From Geosiphon pyriformis uo1 (lineage: Eukaryota > Fungi > Glomeromycota), in contig JAAOMT010000446.1 of the NCBI GenBank assembly GCA_016748015.1, positions 200,758 to 264,757 on the forward strand: a stretch of DNA of 64,000 nt, given 5' to 3'. This document shows, in pieces, positions 23,048-36,500 of the stretch. The notes beneath the pieces are model-generated. The model did no database searches and was not told where the DNA came from. It saw only the letters and a program-made list of their open reading frames with translations. A program made the position numbers and the translations under genes. The first letter of the stretch is position 1. Every line of letters begins with the position of its first letter.

Positions 23048-24030
23048 TGTTATCAGAAGTTTTTGGGTCTCTTTTCTGTAATGTTGTTGATACTTATTTG
23101 CTGTGAATTCACGTTTTCAGGAAGTAGTTGAACCTCCAATAACTGAATTTATCTTCAAATTATCTCCTATAATTTGAACTGCTGGGCTTATAAGTGGAAT
23201 GGCCAATTCCGTGCCAGTTGCTTTATGTAGTTACGTTGTAGTAAACGTCAACTCTTTCCCAAGAATTGCTCGTCTGGAAGCTCACTAAAAATGTGTAGTT
23301 ACTTTGCTGTGAAAGTCAACTCTTCTACAGGAATCTTGTTTGTAGGCTACCCTAATGATTGTAATAAGAAAAAAAAAGAAAAATAAAAGAAGTGTAAAAG
23401 AAATAAGATTTTATCAAGGGAAACGTTTTCTATCCAGGCCTGGAGTCTCTAACAGTTTACTGAAATTGGTAGCTAATCAATTTCAAAACATTAGTTGGGT
23501 TTTGAGAATTTTTCCAAGTGCAATAATTTAAAGAATTTGGTTTTTCGAATTATTTGATATTTATTTTTTTTTGTGTGTATAAAAATGGTTTTAAGAGATA
23601 AATCTAAAGTAAGATACATTTTCTCGAAGAGAGAAGCTCTTCTTTTATACAACTTGTCATAACACTATTCTATGAACTTGAACTTTGCTATTTTCTACAA
23701 TTTCGCTGAACTAAAGATACATTTCGGCGAACTACAAGTTATTTCTGCGAACTATTAGATATTTCAGTGAACTATCAATTATTTCAGCAAATTTCTATAA
23801 ATTTCGGCGAACTTTTGAATCTTACATAGTTTGGGGTTTTGCATGATTGATCATCATAATTAAGTTACATTTGTGTTGTGTACAAACTGGGTTATTAATT
23901 AAATGATAATTTTGGACATTCTTTGTTAATGTAATAAGTAATAATTTGAAACAATAATATATGCTAATTAATGATAGGAATTATGAAATAGTTTCATGCT
24001 AAATAATATCTCTAATTTTGTCTGGTAACA
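23048..24030 (-). repeat. 5' LTR of element B
   Basis: tgttatc...ctggtaaca; PBS adjacent; shares diagnostic bases with 14163-15151. Confidence 0.93.
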
Positions 24031-24034
24031 ATGG

Positions 24035-27000
24035 ATGTTGTTTCAATTTCTTCCGTTGCTTTAAGTTCTCCAAATTCAATTTCATTCTCATCATTTTCGC
24101 TGGGCAAGGGGATATTAAGAGCGTAGTATTCAGGACATCACTGTTCATTACAAAGCATAATGCATTCTTCACATAGCCTAATGTTCATTTGCTCTAATCG
24201 TTGAATTTGAGCTTCTTGGGTTGAGTAGGTGTGACTTACAATTTGGTAGTAGATTTCTACTTTGTCTTCATAATCAAATCCAGCTAATTCCATTGTGTAT
24301 TCATATATTCTGCTTCCTTCATTTAATGAACATCTTCTTTGGTAGCTTTATTAATTAATGCCATTGCTAGGTCAAAAATCATCTTGGCATCATGGAGGTA
24401 GTGATAAAGTTTGTTGAGTGCACTGTTGTATACTGCATTAAAGGGTGTTCCTCTTTTTACTTTTTCTGAAATTGATAAAGCATATTGGCAGGTCTGATTA
24501 CAGACTCTTCCTCTCATAGCTACATCAATCCAATAGCATTCTTCCGGTAGCATATCTCCACAAGTCAAACAAGGAATGTTGTCCTATTTTCCACTTTTTT
24601 TTATTAGATGGCCCCATTGTTCTCTGTGGCAAGTCTTGCAGTAATAACAAGTATGATTTTCATATTCTTCTTCAGGTGAAATGCAGGCTCCCATTGATGA
24701 TAGTTTCTTGTAACAGTCTTTACATTTAAGGGGAATATAGGGGTGTTGTTTCTTTGGTTCAGGTTTTGAGTAAGGGATATTTTATCCAGAGGTTTCGGAT
24801 TCAGAATGTGGGGTAAAATGTTCTTGTTCTGTTTTATCGGCCCAGTTAGACATTGATCTAAGAGCCATGAATGTTTCAATAAGGGGTTTTTCCTCTTCCA
24901 GTTCGAATTCAAAAGCCAGGGCTTTTTCAGAGCATTTGTTGAATATACCACAAGTGGCAGATACCCGGACGTGTTGTCTTTGGTAGAAGATTGTTAACTC
25001 TTGTGTTTTCCAATTCAGATTAGCATTGGCTTTTTGAAGCCAATCATTTCTGACGAGAGCTTGGTACTGAGGTGTGTTCATTACAAGAACTTTGACTGGA
25101 ATGGTGATTCTGTCAAGAGTAAACAAAAAATTGTCAATTTCTCTTACTGGGGTCTTTTTCATGCCATCGGCAGTGACGATTACTGTTTGAGCTGGTCGGT
25201 CAACATTTCTCTTTAATTGTTGCATTAACTAATAGGTGATAATGCTTCCAGCAGATCCACTGTCTAGGATCAAGCAAATTGTCTTTCCTTCGACTTCTGC
25301 TTCAGTGTACATAGCCATGATTGCTTTTTGTTTATTGGTGGCTGCATTGCTAAGCAGGAATGGTGACTCATTTGCTTTGAACTCAAAAAAGAATATATCT
25401 GAAAGGTTAGCATTTTTAGCGATTCTGGCTGGTAAGATTGTGGTGAGAGTATAGGAAGGGTTTTGTTGTTGTGCTGCAGTTCTATCTTCTGAGGGTACAA
25501 TATGGTAAAAATCCTGTTCTTTTGGCATTGTTAAATAACTGGGTTGAGTATGGTAGTGGTTGGGTCTTGGTTGAGTGGTATTTTGAGGAATCAATTGGTT
25601 GTTCAAACTGATTCTACTGTTGTTTACTTGGTATCAGTTTTGTGGTGTAAATTGATTTTGTGTAATCAGTCTTCAAGCAGGTACTTGATAATGTTGTGTG
25701 GGTGGTTGTTGGTATTGCTGTTGGATTGATTGTGGGGCGGGCTGATAATAGTTATTTTGGTATTGGGGTCTTGGTAAATAGTAAGCTGGTGGTGATGGTT
25801 GATAATAAGATTGCTGTGGTGGAGAGTAACATTGATTACCCCTATTTTGTTGGTCTCGTTGCAGCTTTCTACAATCTCTTTTTCAGTGGCCAGAGATTCC
25901 ACAGTAATGGCAATTCTGGGACTGGTTATTGGAAAGTGGTGCAAAGTTATTTTGATTTCGTCTTTGGGGTGGTTGATATCTTTGGGGTTGTTGTTGTTGT
26001 TGGTTGGTAAAATAGTTTTCGACCTTCTTTGTAAGTTGGTCAATTTTTTCCTCGGCTGCTGAACTGGTTTCTCCAATTGCCAAATTTACAAGTTTTGTAC
26101 AATTGGCTTCTTCCATGGCCATTTTGTATCTTTTCGCATGCTGTATGGCCGAGTTTAAATCTTCTGGTGCGTGTGGGCAAACCTTTTTAATTAGTTTATC
26201 TTTTAGACCAGCAATAAATTGATCCAAAATTTGAGCATCAGAATAATAATTGTTTGTTTCGAGTTGGCAAATCCGTCTGAGAAGTTTGTTGAATTTCCCA
26301 ATATAAGTCATAACAGATTCGGAGGGTTCTTGTTTGATATTTCGAAAACGATTGTGAAAAGTGATGGAGGTATTATTGTCAGTGAACTGTTCAAGGAAGG
26401 CTGCTTTGAAAGCATTCCAATCATTAAATGGGGCAGCAAGGTTTTCAAACCATTTTCCTGCTGTTCCTTTGAGAAAGTAGGGAATTGTTTTTAACATTCT
26501 GGCAGCATTCCATCCATTTGCATCTCCAGCTTTAGTAACTTGGTCAAGCCATTCTTGGGGACTGGTTTCAATGTCTTTTCCATTAAATTCAGAAATTTTT
26601 GCGATGTATGTTGTCATTTCGTCTTCGTCATTTTCATTGTCTATTGATTCTTCTTCAGATATTTCAGGTTCGTTTTCTTTGTTTGCTGCTGTCTCAGAGT
26701 GTTCACTTTGATTTTCAGCTAAAAAGTCAAGGAGATTGGAACTAGTTTGAAGAGGTTCTTGTTGTCTGATGGGACTTCTAAGTGATGTAAAATCTTCTGG
26801 CCTTGCCAATCAATTCAAAGGTAAATTAGGCATTTGTGCTTGTGCAAGTAAAGCTGAAAAAGGTGTGATAGTAAGTGGAAGTTTTGAACTGGTTTCTTGT
26901 TCAGGTGTTTGTAAATTGTTGGCAGTTGTTTTTGGTGTCTTTGGAGTATTTGGGGTAATATTTGAGTGTTGTTTCAGTTTTTGTTTGCCTTTGTTGCTTG

Positions 27001-27394
27001 TTTCTGTTTCTGATTCAAAGTCAATAGATTATTTAGACTGCACTGGATATGTTTTTTCACAGTATTTGATAATGTTAAAATTAAGTTCGTGAAAGTAAGT
27101 AGCAAGTGTTTCGCTGTTAAGGTCTTCAGTTCCCAACTGTAAATAATGTGCTAGATTATTGTAAAGGTTGCTTTTGACTTCTGAGATATTGTAATTTTCA
27201 AAAAGATAATTGTTGATGCAGTTTTCAATGTATTGGTATACTGATTTCTTGACAACTTCAATTCCGTCTGGAATGTTGAATCTTTGCTTGCAGTGGGTAT
27301 AAATTGATTGGTAATACTCTAGAGTTGATGTGTCTGATGTGGTTGCCACTTTGAATTTTGTTGTTGCTGTGTTATTTCCATGGGAGAGCACCAA
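24035..27394 (-). pseudogene. Element A polyprotein, 5' part: N-terminal extension, Gag, zinc knuckle, protease, Cys-rich domain
   Basis: ORFs 27029-27394, 25883-26809, 25229-25606, 24782-25225 and 24323-24568 share one frame; QEWLDQV, IKQEPSESVMTYIGKF, CHYCGISGH, LILDSGSAGSII. Confidence 0.92.
27384..27393 (-). other. Primer-binding site of element A (TGGTGCTCTC)
   Basis: Minus strand reads ...gtaaca tt tggtgctctcccatgg. Confidence 0.75.
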
Positions 27395-27395
27395 A

Positions 27396-28368
27396 TGTTA
27401 CCAGTGGTTTTTGGTCTCTTTTTTTAAATGTTATTAATGTTGATTTGTTGTGAATTCACATTTCCAGGAAATAGTTGAACCTCCAGTAACTGAATTTATC
27501 TTCAAATTATCTCCTATAATTTGAACTTGCTGGGCTTATGAGTAGAATGGCCAATTCCGTGCCAGTTGTTTTATATAGTTACATTGTAGTAAATGTCAAC
27601 TCTTTCCCAGGAATTGCTTGTCTAGAAGCTCACTAAAAATGTGTAGTTACTTTGCTGTGAAAGTCAACTCTTCTACAGGAATCTTGTCTGTAGGCTACCC
27701 TAATGATTGTAATAAGAAAAGAAAAGAAAAATAAAAAAAATAGAATTTTATCAAGGAAAACGTTTTTCTATTCAAGCTTGGAGTCACTAACAGTTTACTG
27801 AAATTGGTAGCTAATCAATTTCGAAATGTAAGTTGGATTTTTGGGGGTTTTTCTAAGTACAATAATTAAAGAATTTGGTTTTTCGAATTATTTGATATTT
27901 ATTTCTTTTTGTGTGTATAGGAATGGTTTTAAGAGATAAATCTAAAGTAAGATACATTTTCTTGAAGAGAGATGCTCTTCTTTTATACAACTTGTCGTAA
28001 CACTATTCTATGAACTTGAACTTTGCTATTTTCTATAATTTTACTGAACTAAAGATACATTTCGGCAAATTACAAGTTATTTTTGCAAACTATTAGATAT
28101 TTTAATAAACTATCAATTATTTTGGCGAATTTCTACAAATTTTGGCAAACTTTTGAATGTTACATAGTTCGGGGTATTGCATGATTTGATCATCACAATT
28201 AGGTTACATTTGTGTTGTGTACAAATTGGGTTATTAATTAAATGATAAATTTCGGACATTTTGCTAATGTAATAAGTAATAATTTGAAATAATAATATAT
28301 GCTAATTAATGATAGGATTTATAAGATAATTTTATGCTAAATAATATCTCTAATTTCGTCTGATAACA
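27396..28368 (-). repeat. 5' LTR of element A
   Basis: tgttacc...tgataaca followed by TSD ctgc. Confidence 0.93.
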
Positions 28369-28372
28369 CTGC

Positions 28373-28962
28373 TGAGAAATGAATGTCAATATCTGGTCTT
28401 ATGTGTTCATTTATATCTGCTGTTTTACATTTGCTTTCATTGTGTTCTTTAGATATGGGTCTCTATACGGCAGTTTGCAAGGGTTTTGTGATGAGAAATT
28501 GGTATGCTGAAGCTGTTTTAGTTTTGTAGGGGCAGAAAAAGGCTACTCTAGCCCTTGTAAAATACATCAGATTTGTGGTGGAATTGCATTGCACTAAAGT
28601 ATAAACTGGTAGAACCAAACATAAAGTAAATATGGAAAAGGCTAGCTTGGTTGGAGATAATAGTCTGGTTTTTGGTTTGTCTGGCTATGTAGTTTTTAGG
28701 TTGTCAACTGGTATTGTCTATATGCTTGGTATTATAAAATCTTTTGCTGTTAAGTTTGATAGGTGCAAATTGTGTCATTTTTTCTTTGATTTGGATGGTA
28801 ATACTTATGTTAATATAGGTGTGTAGTGTTGTCTTGTCTGGCCTGAGTGGCTGATCACATGTAATCTGTGCATAAGCTGCATTTAGTTGGTTCCACTTAG
28901 TTTGGTTCTATGTACTAAATAGCAGTTAGGCTTTACTTATTAAATCTGTAATAAAAAAAAAA
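28373..28962 (+). mobile_element. LINE-1 right part: ORF2 C-terminus (stop 28826), 3' UTR and poly(A) tail
   Basis: LYTAVCKGFVMRNWYAEA...GNTYVNIGV*; 3' UTR homologous to LINE-2 and LINE-3; ends aataaaaaaaaaa. Confidence 0.85.
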
Positions 28963-29530
28963 TTTTAAAGTTAATTGGCCAGTTTTATATTAGAAATAAG
29001 TTCTAAATTAAGATAAAAATAACTTTAGTCTTTTAATACATGATTTTTTATTAAACATATATATATACTTTTCTCTAAAAACAAACTGGTTATTTTTTTT
29101 TGCTTTGTGTTTACACTAAATATTAATCTTAATATAATATATAATATATAGAATATTATATTTAAAATTACCAATATACTATTAACTACAGTATTAATTA
29201 ATACATTCAAGTAAATATTACTTAAAATAATTTAAAGAATTATACTTTGCATAATCTGTTGTCTTTAACATTTTAGAATCTATAATTTATATCTGGTACA
29301 CAAAAATTTCATGTTTATATTTATAATATACAAGTTTTTTTTGTAATTTAAATACTGTTTAAAAGAAAAAAACTTCTTGTTGTACAAGAATAAAAGCAGT
29401 TACACCAAAAATTTTGATGTGTTTTCATACTATAATATACAGATGACATGTGTCAAATTCAAAAACCATATAATGTAATATATGTAATTTATTTTTAATT
29501 AATATTACATAATTTAAAAAAATTGAAATA

Positions 29531-29584
29531 TCGATTACTGCGCCATATGGCACGTGTAATACGTGCATATGGCGCAGTAATCGA
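29531..29584. repeat. Near-perfect 24-bp inverted repeat (hairpin or cruciform), CpG-rich
   Basis: tcgattactgcgccatatg(g)cacgt-gtaat-acgtgcatatggcgcagtaatcga; one bulged G and a 5-nt loop. Confidence 0.9.
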
Positions 29585-29623
29585 CGAAAAATAATGTCAC
29601 GTGTTACAATATTAAATCACGTG
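29551..29623. promoter_or_regulatory. Cluster of CACGTG (E/G-box) motifs, two of them matching RTCACGTG
   Basis: cacgtg 29551-29556, gtcacgtg 29596-29603, atcacgtg 29616-29623. The function is inferred only from the motif match and CpG retention. Confidence 0.4.
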
Positions 29624-30669
29624 CTTTTTCGAGGTTGTTACAAATTTTTTTTTGTAATAAATTGTTATAAATCTATTAATTTTTTATTTAAACTATTTTT
29701 ACTAAAGCTATATATTATCTTTTATTATATAAAATTAAGCTTTTTAATTAGTTTTAAATTAAAAACAAAATTTAAATAATATTAAATTTTATTAATAATT
29801 ACAGTCTAATTAAGCTTTTTGTTTATATATTTGCAAATTTTTATATAATAAAATAAAAATTAATTGATTTTTTTCAAGTTTAAAAAAAATTGTTTTAAAT
29901 TTTATAAATTACTTTTTGGTTAATATTATTTATATAAAAAATTTAAAATTACAAGAAACAATATTAAATTGTATTTTTTTAAATATAATAAAAATACTTT
30001 AATTTTTGATATTTTAGACAAATTTAATTTTAAAAAATCAGTTATATGTTTAAAAAACTTGTTATAATGTTAATAAAACAATTAAAAAATAAAAAAAAAG
30101 TATTTATAGTTAGATTTTATTAAAAAACCATTAATATTTAGACTTTAAAAATTTTATTTATTTTGATTTAATAAATATTTAATTATTTTAATTTAATTAA
30201 TAAGTTTAATAAATTGTTTTTAATAGTTTTGTTTAATTTTGTAGTAATAATTTATAATTTGGCTAATAAATTATCAAGATTAGAAATAAATTGGTTTTAT
30301 TAATATTAATAATTTTATAAAAAATTTGAATTTATAATTTATATAAAATAAAATGATTGTTTTTTTTGAAAATATTAATTTTGAAATAAATATAAAAATA
30401 TGTGATATAATATTATTAAATTAACTAAGAAAATAAATATATATTATATTATTATTATAGAACTATTTCTCTTTTTTTTAATAAAATATACAATTAAATA
30501 TTCTTTAATAATATTATTTATATTATAATAAAACAAGTAAAAATCTTTCTCTTATTAATTCTCTGACTATGATGAGAGCAAAAATTTATTGAAGATTTAA
30601 CAACATCTTTTTTTCTCCTCTTTTTTATTTTTTCATAGTTATTTCTTCTAATACATCTGTTTTTATTGT

Positions 30670-33588
30670 CATAAAATCAGTAGACTCTTCTGTTGATGGC
30701 TCTAATTTGGATTTGGCTGGTTTGAGAACCTGCTTTAATACCAAGAAGAAGTGTATGGAGAGTATCTACTCTTATGGTGTATTGTATAAGAAGCCAAAAA
30801 AACCTGATGCTAATAGTGTTTTGGTTGATTCATCTATTGGTCCTTTAGCCTTGGAAGATATTAGTAGTTCTGACAATAAGCTTGTAGTATCCTGAAGAAA
30901 TAAAGTTGGCAGTATTACTAGCAGTGTGAGTGGTCTTTTAAATGTTGAGAATATGGTGAACATGGTTGCTAAGGAAACAAACAATGCTGAATTAGGTGGA
31001 AATAACAATATAAATGATACTATGCCAAGAAAAACATGCACCTGAACATATGTGCTAAGCAGCTTTCTGAAAGCACCAACATTTGACATTATGAGTAATG
31101 ATGAGAACATGCTAAGTTTTCTATCTTTAAAGTTTAATGGTTTCAATCAACTGTTATCTGTTAAGTCACATGTCTTGGAAAGACAAAGCTTTGAATCAGT
31201 TAAATTATTTGCTCTGAACATAAAATTGACTGTTGTGCCTGGAAAAATTAATAGTGATAAGTTAATTTCAATCAAAAATTTTTTTATCAAATTAATGGTT
31301 TTAGAGAAGCTTTTACTTCCATAAAATTCTCAGGAATTATTAGATTCTTCTTTACATTTGAATTGACTCTGAATAAAGCTAGAGAATTGGCAATTTGTAA
31401 GAAAATTATGGTAAACAATAATGTTAAAAGAGTAAGCAGTCATTCAAATTGAGAAATAATTGTTAAGGAAATTCTAGTTAATCTTTTCAAATCGGCTGTA
31501 GAATCTGTTTTTTCTAAATTTGATAAGGTAACATCAGTTAAAATGTAATTAATTGGTCTGTGACAAAAAGCTTTGGTAGAATTTGAATCTTCTGAAGTAG
31601 CCAGTCTGGTTGTATCTAAGTGGTTTGTTTTTATAGATAAAGATTCAGTTCATGTAGTGCTGACTATTGGTAATAAACAATTGTGGATATCTAGAAATCA
31701 ATATTGAGTTTTATTTTACACTTTTCTAGTCAAAACTACTGTCTATAATCTTTCTAATCTATTGGATATATATAATAGAAAAACTTGTTTTATTGGACAA
31801 AATCCAAATTCATATGTGCATAATAAATGCACAATAGTTTGTTTTGGAAATGAAACATCCAAATTGGCTGCTGTTAGTTCTGTTCTTGTTTTTAAAAATG
31901 TGAATTTGTGATAGACTGGTCTTTTTTTGGCTTGCTATGCATTGTGTAAACAGTTTGGTCATATCTCTGATGTGTGTTTAGTGAGTAGAAATTCTGATGG
32001 TCATGAAAAATAAATGGTAACAAATCAGGATTGGTGTTACTGGAGGTTTTTGGTCTCTTTTCTTAAATGTTGTTAATGTCTGTTTGTTGTAAATTCACGT
32101 TTTCTAAAAATAGTTGAACCTCCAATAATTGAATTTGTCTTCAAATTATCTCCTATAATTTGAACTGCTGGGCTTATAAGTGGAATAACCAATTTTGTGC
32201 CAGTTACTTTGTGTAGTTATGTTGTAGTAAACATCAACTCTTTTTCAGAAATTGCTTGTCTGAAAGCTCACTAAAAATGTGTAATTACTTTGCTGTAAAA
32301 GTCAACTTTTTTACAGAAATTTTGTCTGTAGGCTACCCTAATGATTGTAATATGGAAATAAAAGAAAAATAAAAAAAGTATAAAAGAAATAGAATTTTGT
32401 CAAAAGAAACGTTTTCTATCTAGGCCTGAAGTCACTAACAGTTTATTGAAATTGGTAGCTAATCAATTTTAAAATGTTAGTTGTGTTGAGGAAATTCCAA
32501 GTGTAATAATCAAAGGATTTGGTTTTCGAATATTTAATTTTATTTAAAATGTAAAAAGTGATTTTTTTTAATTAAGATATCTGAAGTAAGATACTATGTT
32601 ATAATACTATGAGAAGATATATTTTCTTGAAAAGAAAAGCTCTTCTTTTATACAACTTGTTATAGTACTAGTCTTTGAACTTGCACTTTTCTCTTTATTA
32701 CAATTTGGGTGAATTAAAGATATATTTCAGTGAACTACAAGTTATTTTACTAAACTATTGATTATTTTGGATAATTTTTATTAATTTCGGCGAATTTTGA
32801 CTATGTTAAATAATTCAGAGTATTGTGTAATTTGATCATCTTACTTTTTATAATACAAATCGGATTATTGATTGAGTAATAATATTTGATAATTTAATTA
32901 AATAATAAGTGATATTTGAACTAATAATAATATATACTAATTAATAATAGAAATTATAAGGGTAATTTTATGCTAATTAATAGCTAAAATTTTACTAGTA
33001 ACATTAGGTTTGCTTAGCTGGTAATTATAAAAAAAAACATGTTTTTATAGCTTGTCTAATTTTTTTTGGTGATAAGACTTGGGCCTAAATTGCTAATGGT
33101 TCTTCTTCTCATGTGGTTTTCCCAACTTTTTTTGGTACTGGTTTGTTTCCTAATGCTAAGGCCTCTTTGATGACTCTTGTTCCTCTTAGTAACTCTAATT
33201 TACATAACTGTTTGGCTTTTCTGGAGCACTTTTTAGAACTCTTGGCAGATTAGGTTTCTGAAATCTTGAAAAAATTGAGTTTTGTGGATTTGGTGTCTTT
33301 GCCTCCAGCTTTTTAAGCATTTCTTCTGATTGTCTCTACTTTTTTGTTTCATGTTTGAACTCAAATATAATGTCAGATAGTGTGTTGCTGCCTTCCAATC
33401 CTCTTTTTTTAGTTGTTGTTGATGAGGTTGCTGGTTTTAATCCGAATAGCTCTAGAATTCTAACTATTAAGGTGGATGGTTTAAAATCAAAAATGGTAGC
33501 TTTGAAAATATTGATTAATTCAGTTTTGGAGAGATTAAATTATTTGTGCTTTGGCTCAGGTTTGCCAGCTTTTTTTTTGCATCAATGA
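30670..33588 (+). pseudogene. LINE-2 ORF1 (putative RRM-like repeats, CCHC knuckle, coiled-coil-like C-terminus), split by solo LTR 32035-33003
   Basis: IIVKEILV...VFSKFDKV...KALVEF (RRM-like); (C)ALCKQFGHISDVC at ~31935-31978; stop TGA at 33586-33588. Confidence 0.75.
32035..33003 (-). mobile_element. Solo LTR of family A (variant U3 end)
   Basis: tgttac...ctagtaaca; homologous to the A/B LTRs; TSD TTGG/TTAG; no PBS or PPT adjacent. Confidence 0.92.
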
Positions 33589-36500
33589 GTGTTTTGGTTT
33601 GGAAGTTTGCTATGTGTAATGTCCAAGGTATCAATGTCTCTGCAAAGCAAGCAGACATTGTTCATTGGCATGTAAGTTCTGGTAATTTGGTGTTTTTTGT
33701 TACAGAAACTAAGTTGAAGTCTGGTGTTAAGCCATGAATTGCTAGTAAGTTTAAAAGTATATAGATCTTTATATCTGGTTTGGAAAGTGGTTTTTTCAGT
33801 ACTGAGGTGGTCATTATCATGAATAATTCTTTGGCCCATCATGTGTTTAAGGTGGAAGAAATTCCTGGGCAAGTTATTTCAGTACAACTTTTGTTTAAGA
33901 GCAAGCTTTTAGTTACAATTCTGGGTTTGTATGCTGATGCTTCTTCTGAAACTAGATTTGGTCAAGCTTTGAAGGTGAACTTTCTCAATACAAAGACTAT
34001 TAATTCCAGCACTTTTGTGGTCTTGGGTGGAGATTTTAATAAAAATGAGTTTGATAAGAATGCAAGTTTCAAGTTCTGTTTGAATTTGGGTTTGGTTAAT
34101 TCATTTACTGGCCATTATTTGGCAAAAGCTTCAATATGAAACAATTCAAAAGGGATTGAGAAGACCATTAATTATATTTTTGTTAGTGAGCATTTGTTTT
34201 CTGCTGTTGTTGATCATCAGATTAGCTCTGTTTCTGGCTTTTTCAATACTAATTACAGAGCTGTTATGATGTTAATTGGCTTGGATGGGCTCTTAGATAT
34301 ATGCTTAAATAGCTTATACAAATAGGCTAATAAAGACTGTTGGAAGTTCAAAATTAGGGATGTAGATAGTGCCAAGTGGACTAAGTTTAAGGATTGCTTT
34401 TTTGCTAAGCTCTTGGCAATAAAAGATGATTTCTCAGATGCCAAGAATTATGATGACATAGATACTATGTAGATAGTTTTGAAAAAAGTGGTTGTTAAGG
34501 CAGCTAATAAGATATTTTTGAGACAGTGATTTTGTAAGTTTTACTGTTTAAGAAACAAACATTCATCTAAGTTTTTTGAGTTAAAATTGCTGGTTGCTAA
34601 GATAATTAAAAGGTTGAGCTTAGGTGATGTCCTTGGTTTCAATTATTTTGTGAGAAAGTGGTCATTTTTGGATGCTGTTAGGGCTTTAAAGGTGAAAAAA
34701 ATAGTTCAAAATAGTGGAAGGTTGATGAATATTCTCAAACATTTGTTATTAATTAGGAAGAAATATTGAAAGTCCAAGATGTTTGAGTCAAAAGTGGCTG
34801 AAAAGACTTCTATCAAAAAGGCTATCAAAAGGTATATAGAAAAATTTTGTTCTAATAAAGGTAGTATGATCAGAAGTGTCTTAGATTGGCTTTTTTACAA
34901 GGTGGTTCTGAATCACTTGGTAGTGAATAATGAGTTGGTTTTAAAGTCTGACAAAGTGAAGCTCAATGTTGATAAAATTATGGAGAGTTGGACTAAAAAG
35001 TAGGGTGTGTTATCAGTGGTGTCTAATTTCTGAACTTGTCAGTACACATTATTGAATTATGTGGGAAATAATACTTTTTTAGATGTAATGTATACAGTCA
35101 GTATAAATGAATTGCTTTTGGTTGTTAAGAGTTTGCCTGATAGCAAAGCTGCTGGTTTGTGCAGCATTTTTAATAAACTATGAAAACATGACAGTAAAAC
35201 AGTAATGAGATGTCTTTTGGAGCTTTTGAATATATGCTTGGTAGTTAGTGATGTTTTTGTTTTATGGAAGAAGACATGGGTTTTAATGATTCCTAAGCCT
35301 TATAACTAAAATAGAGTTTTTACAAATACTCGGCCTATTGTACTAATCAAAACTGCCAGAAAGATTTTTTTTGATAGAATTTTGTCTACATGCAGCAAGT
35401 TTGGCATTTTTTGTGGTGATAATTTTTCTGTTTTAAAGAGTACATCTACTCAGTCTCCTGTGTTTGTAGTTGGTTCAGTAATTAAGAATGTACTAGAAAA
35501 GAGTCATAAACTTTGGCTGGTCTTACAGAATATGTGCAAAACATATAACTCAGTTGGTTGGCACTACCTGGAAGCTAGCTTAAGGTGAATTAAAATGTGT
35601 AATAGATTTATCAAATTTTTTGGTAATATACATGGTGATAAAATCAATTGGGTGATAACAGATTTTGGTCTCTTAGTGAGTTATAAAGTACATGATGGTT
35701 TGGATCAAGATAAAGTTTTTTCTCCTCTTCTATAGTGGATTTTTTATGATTTACTTTTATGTGAAGTCAAGTAATATGAACATTTGTGTGGTTATTGAAT
35801 TGATATTAAATTTGTGGTAAAAACTGACAGAATTGACAATAGTGGTGGTTTGTCTTCATTTTTTGTGGCTGGTGCATTTGTGAATAATACAATTTGGGTT
35901 GGTAATTGTCAGGCTTCTATGTAATATGCCCTGAACATTGCCAATGAATTTTTTTTAATCAATGACATTTCTATAAATACTGAAAAGACAGTGGCTATTC
36001 TAATTAATTAGGATATTAAAAATGCTTTTTTGAGTGTTAGTGGCCAGTCCATTTTAATTGCCAAAAAAGGTAAAACACACAGATATCTGAAAAATTTTTT
36101 TGTTAACCAAGGGGTTATCCAAGCTAAGTGTAGCTAAGGCTCATTTTAATGTTCGTTTTTTTGTCAATATAGTGCTTAGAAAGGCTATTATAAATAAGCA
36201 GTTTTCTTTACTTGGTGTTGGCTGTTTTGCAACCCATTGTTAATTATAAGACCCAATTTAGTTTTGTTTCTTCAAGTGTGTGTTGCAAGTGAAATGTTAT
36301 AGTCAGAAAGAGTCTTAGATCTAAAGTGGGTTTGCCATGTGATTTTTCTAGTGAGACATTATATTATCCATTACTGTATAGTCTGAAATCTTTTGAGCAA
36401 GTGCAATTGGAGGATAAGCTGGCTGCTGTGGTCTCTTTTTCTAATGTCCCAAATATTATTGGTCATTTGTTTCATCATAAGTTTTTAAATTTGCAGGTTT

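Larger units (their letters stand above)
14163..24030 (-). mobile_element. Ty3/Gypsy LTR retrotransposon B, full length (9868 bp), same family as A, inserted just upstream of A's dUTPase domain
   Basis: Paired LTRs 14163-15151 and 23048-24030; TSD ATGA/ATGG; removing B restores A's ...TTSIYLIKNQP sequence. Confidence 0.95.
8647..28368 (-). mobile_element. Ty3/Gypsy LTR retrotransposon A, full length (~9.85 kb without nested element B), decayed
   Basis: Paired ~980-bp LTRs (TGTTA...TAACA), perfect 4-bp TSD CTGC (8643-8646 and 28369-28372), PBS, PPT, and domain order Gag-PR-dUTPase-RT-RH-IN. Confidence 0.95.
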
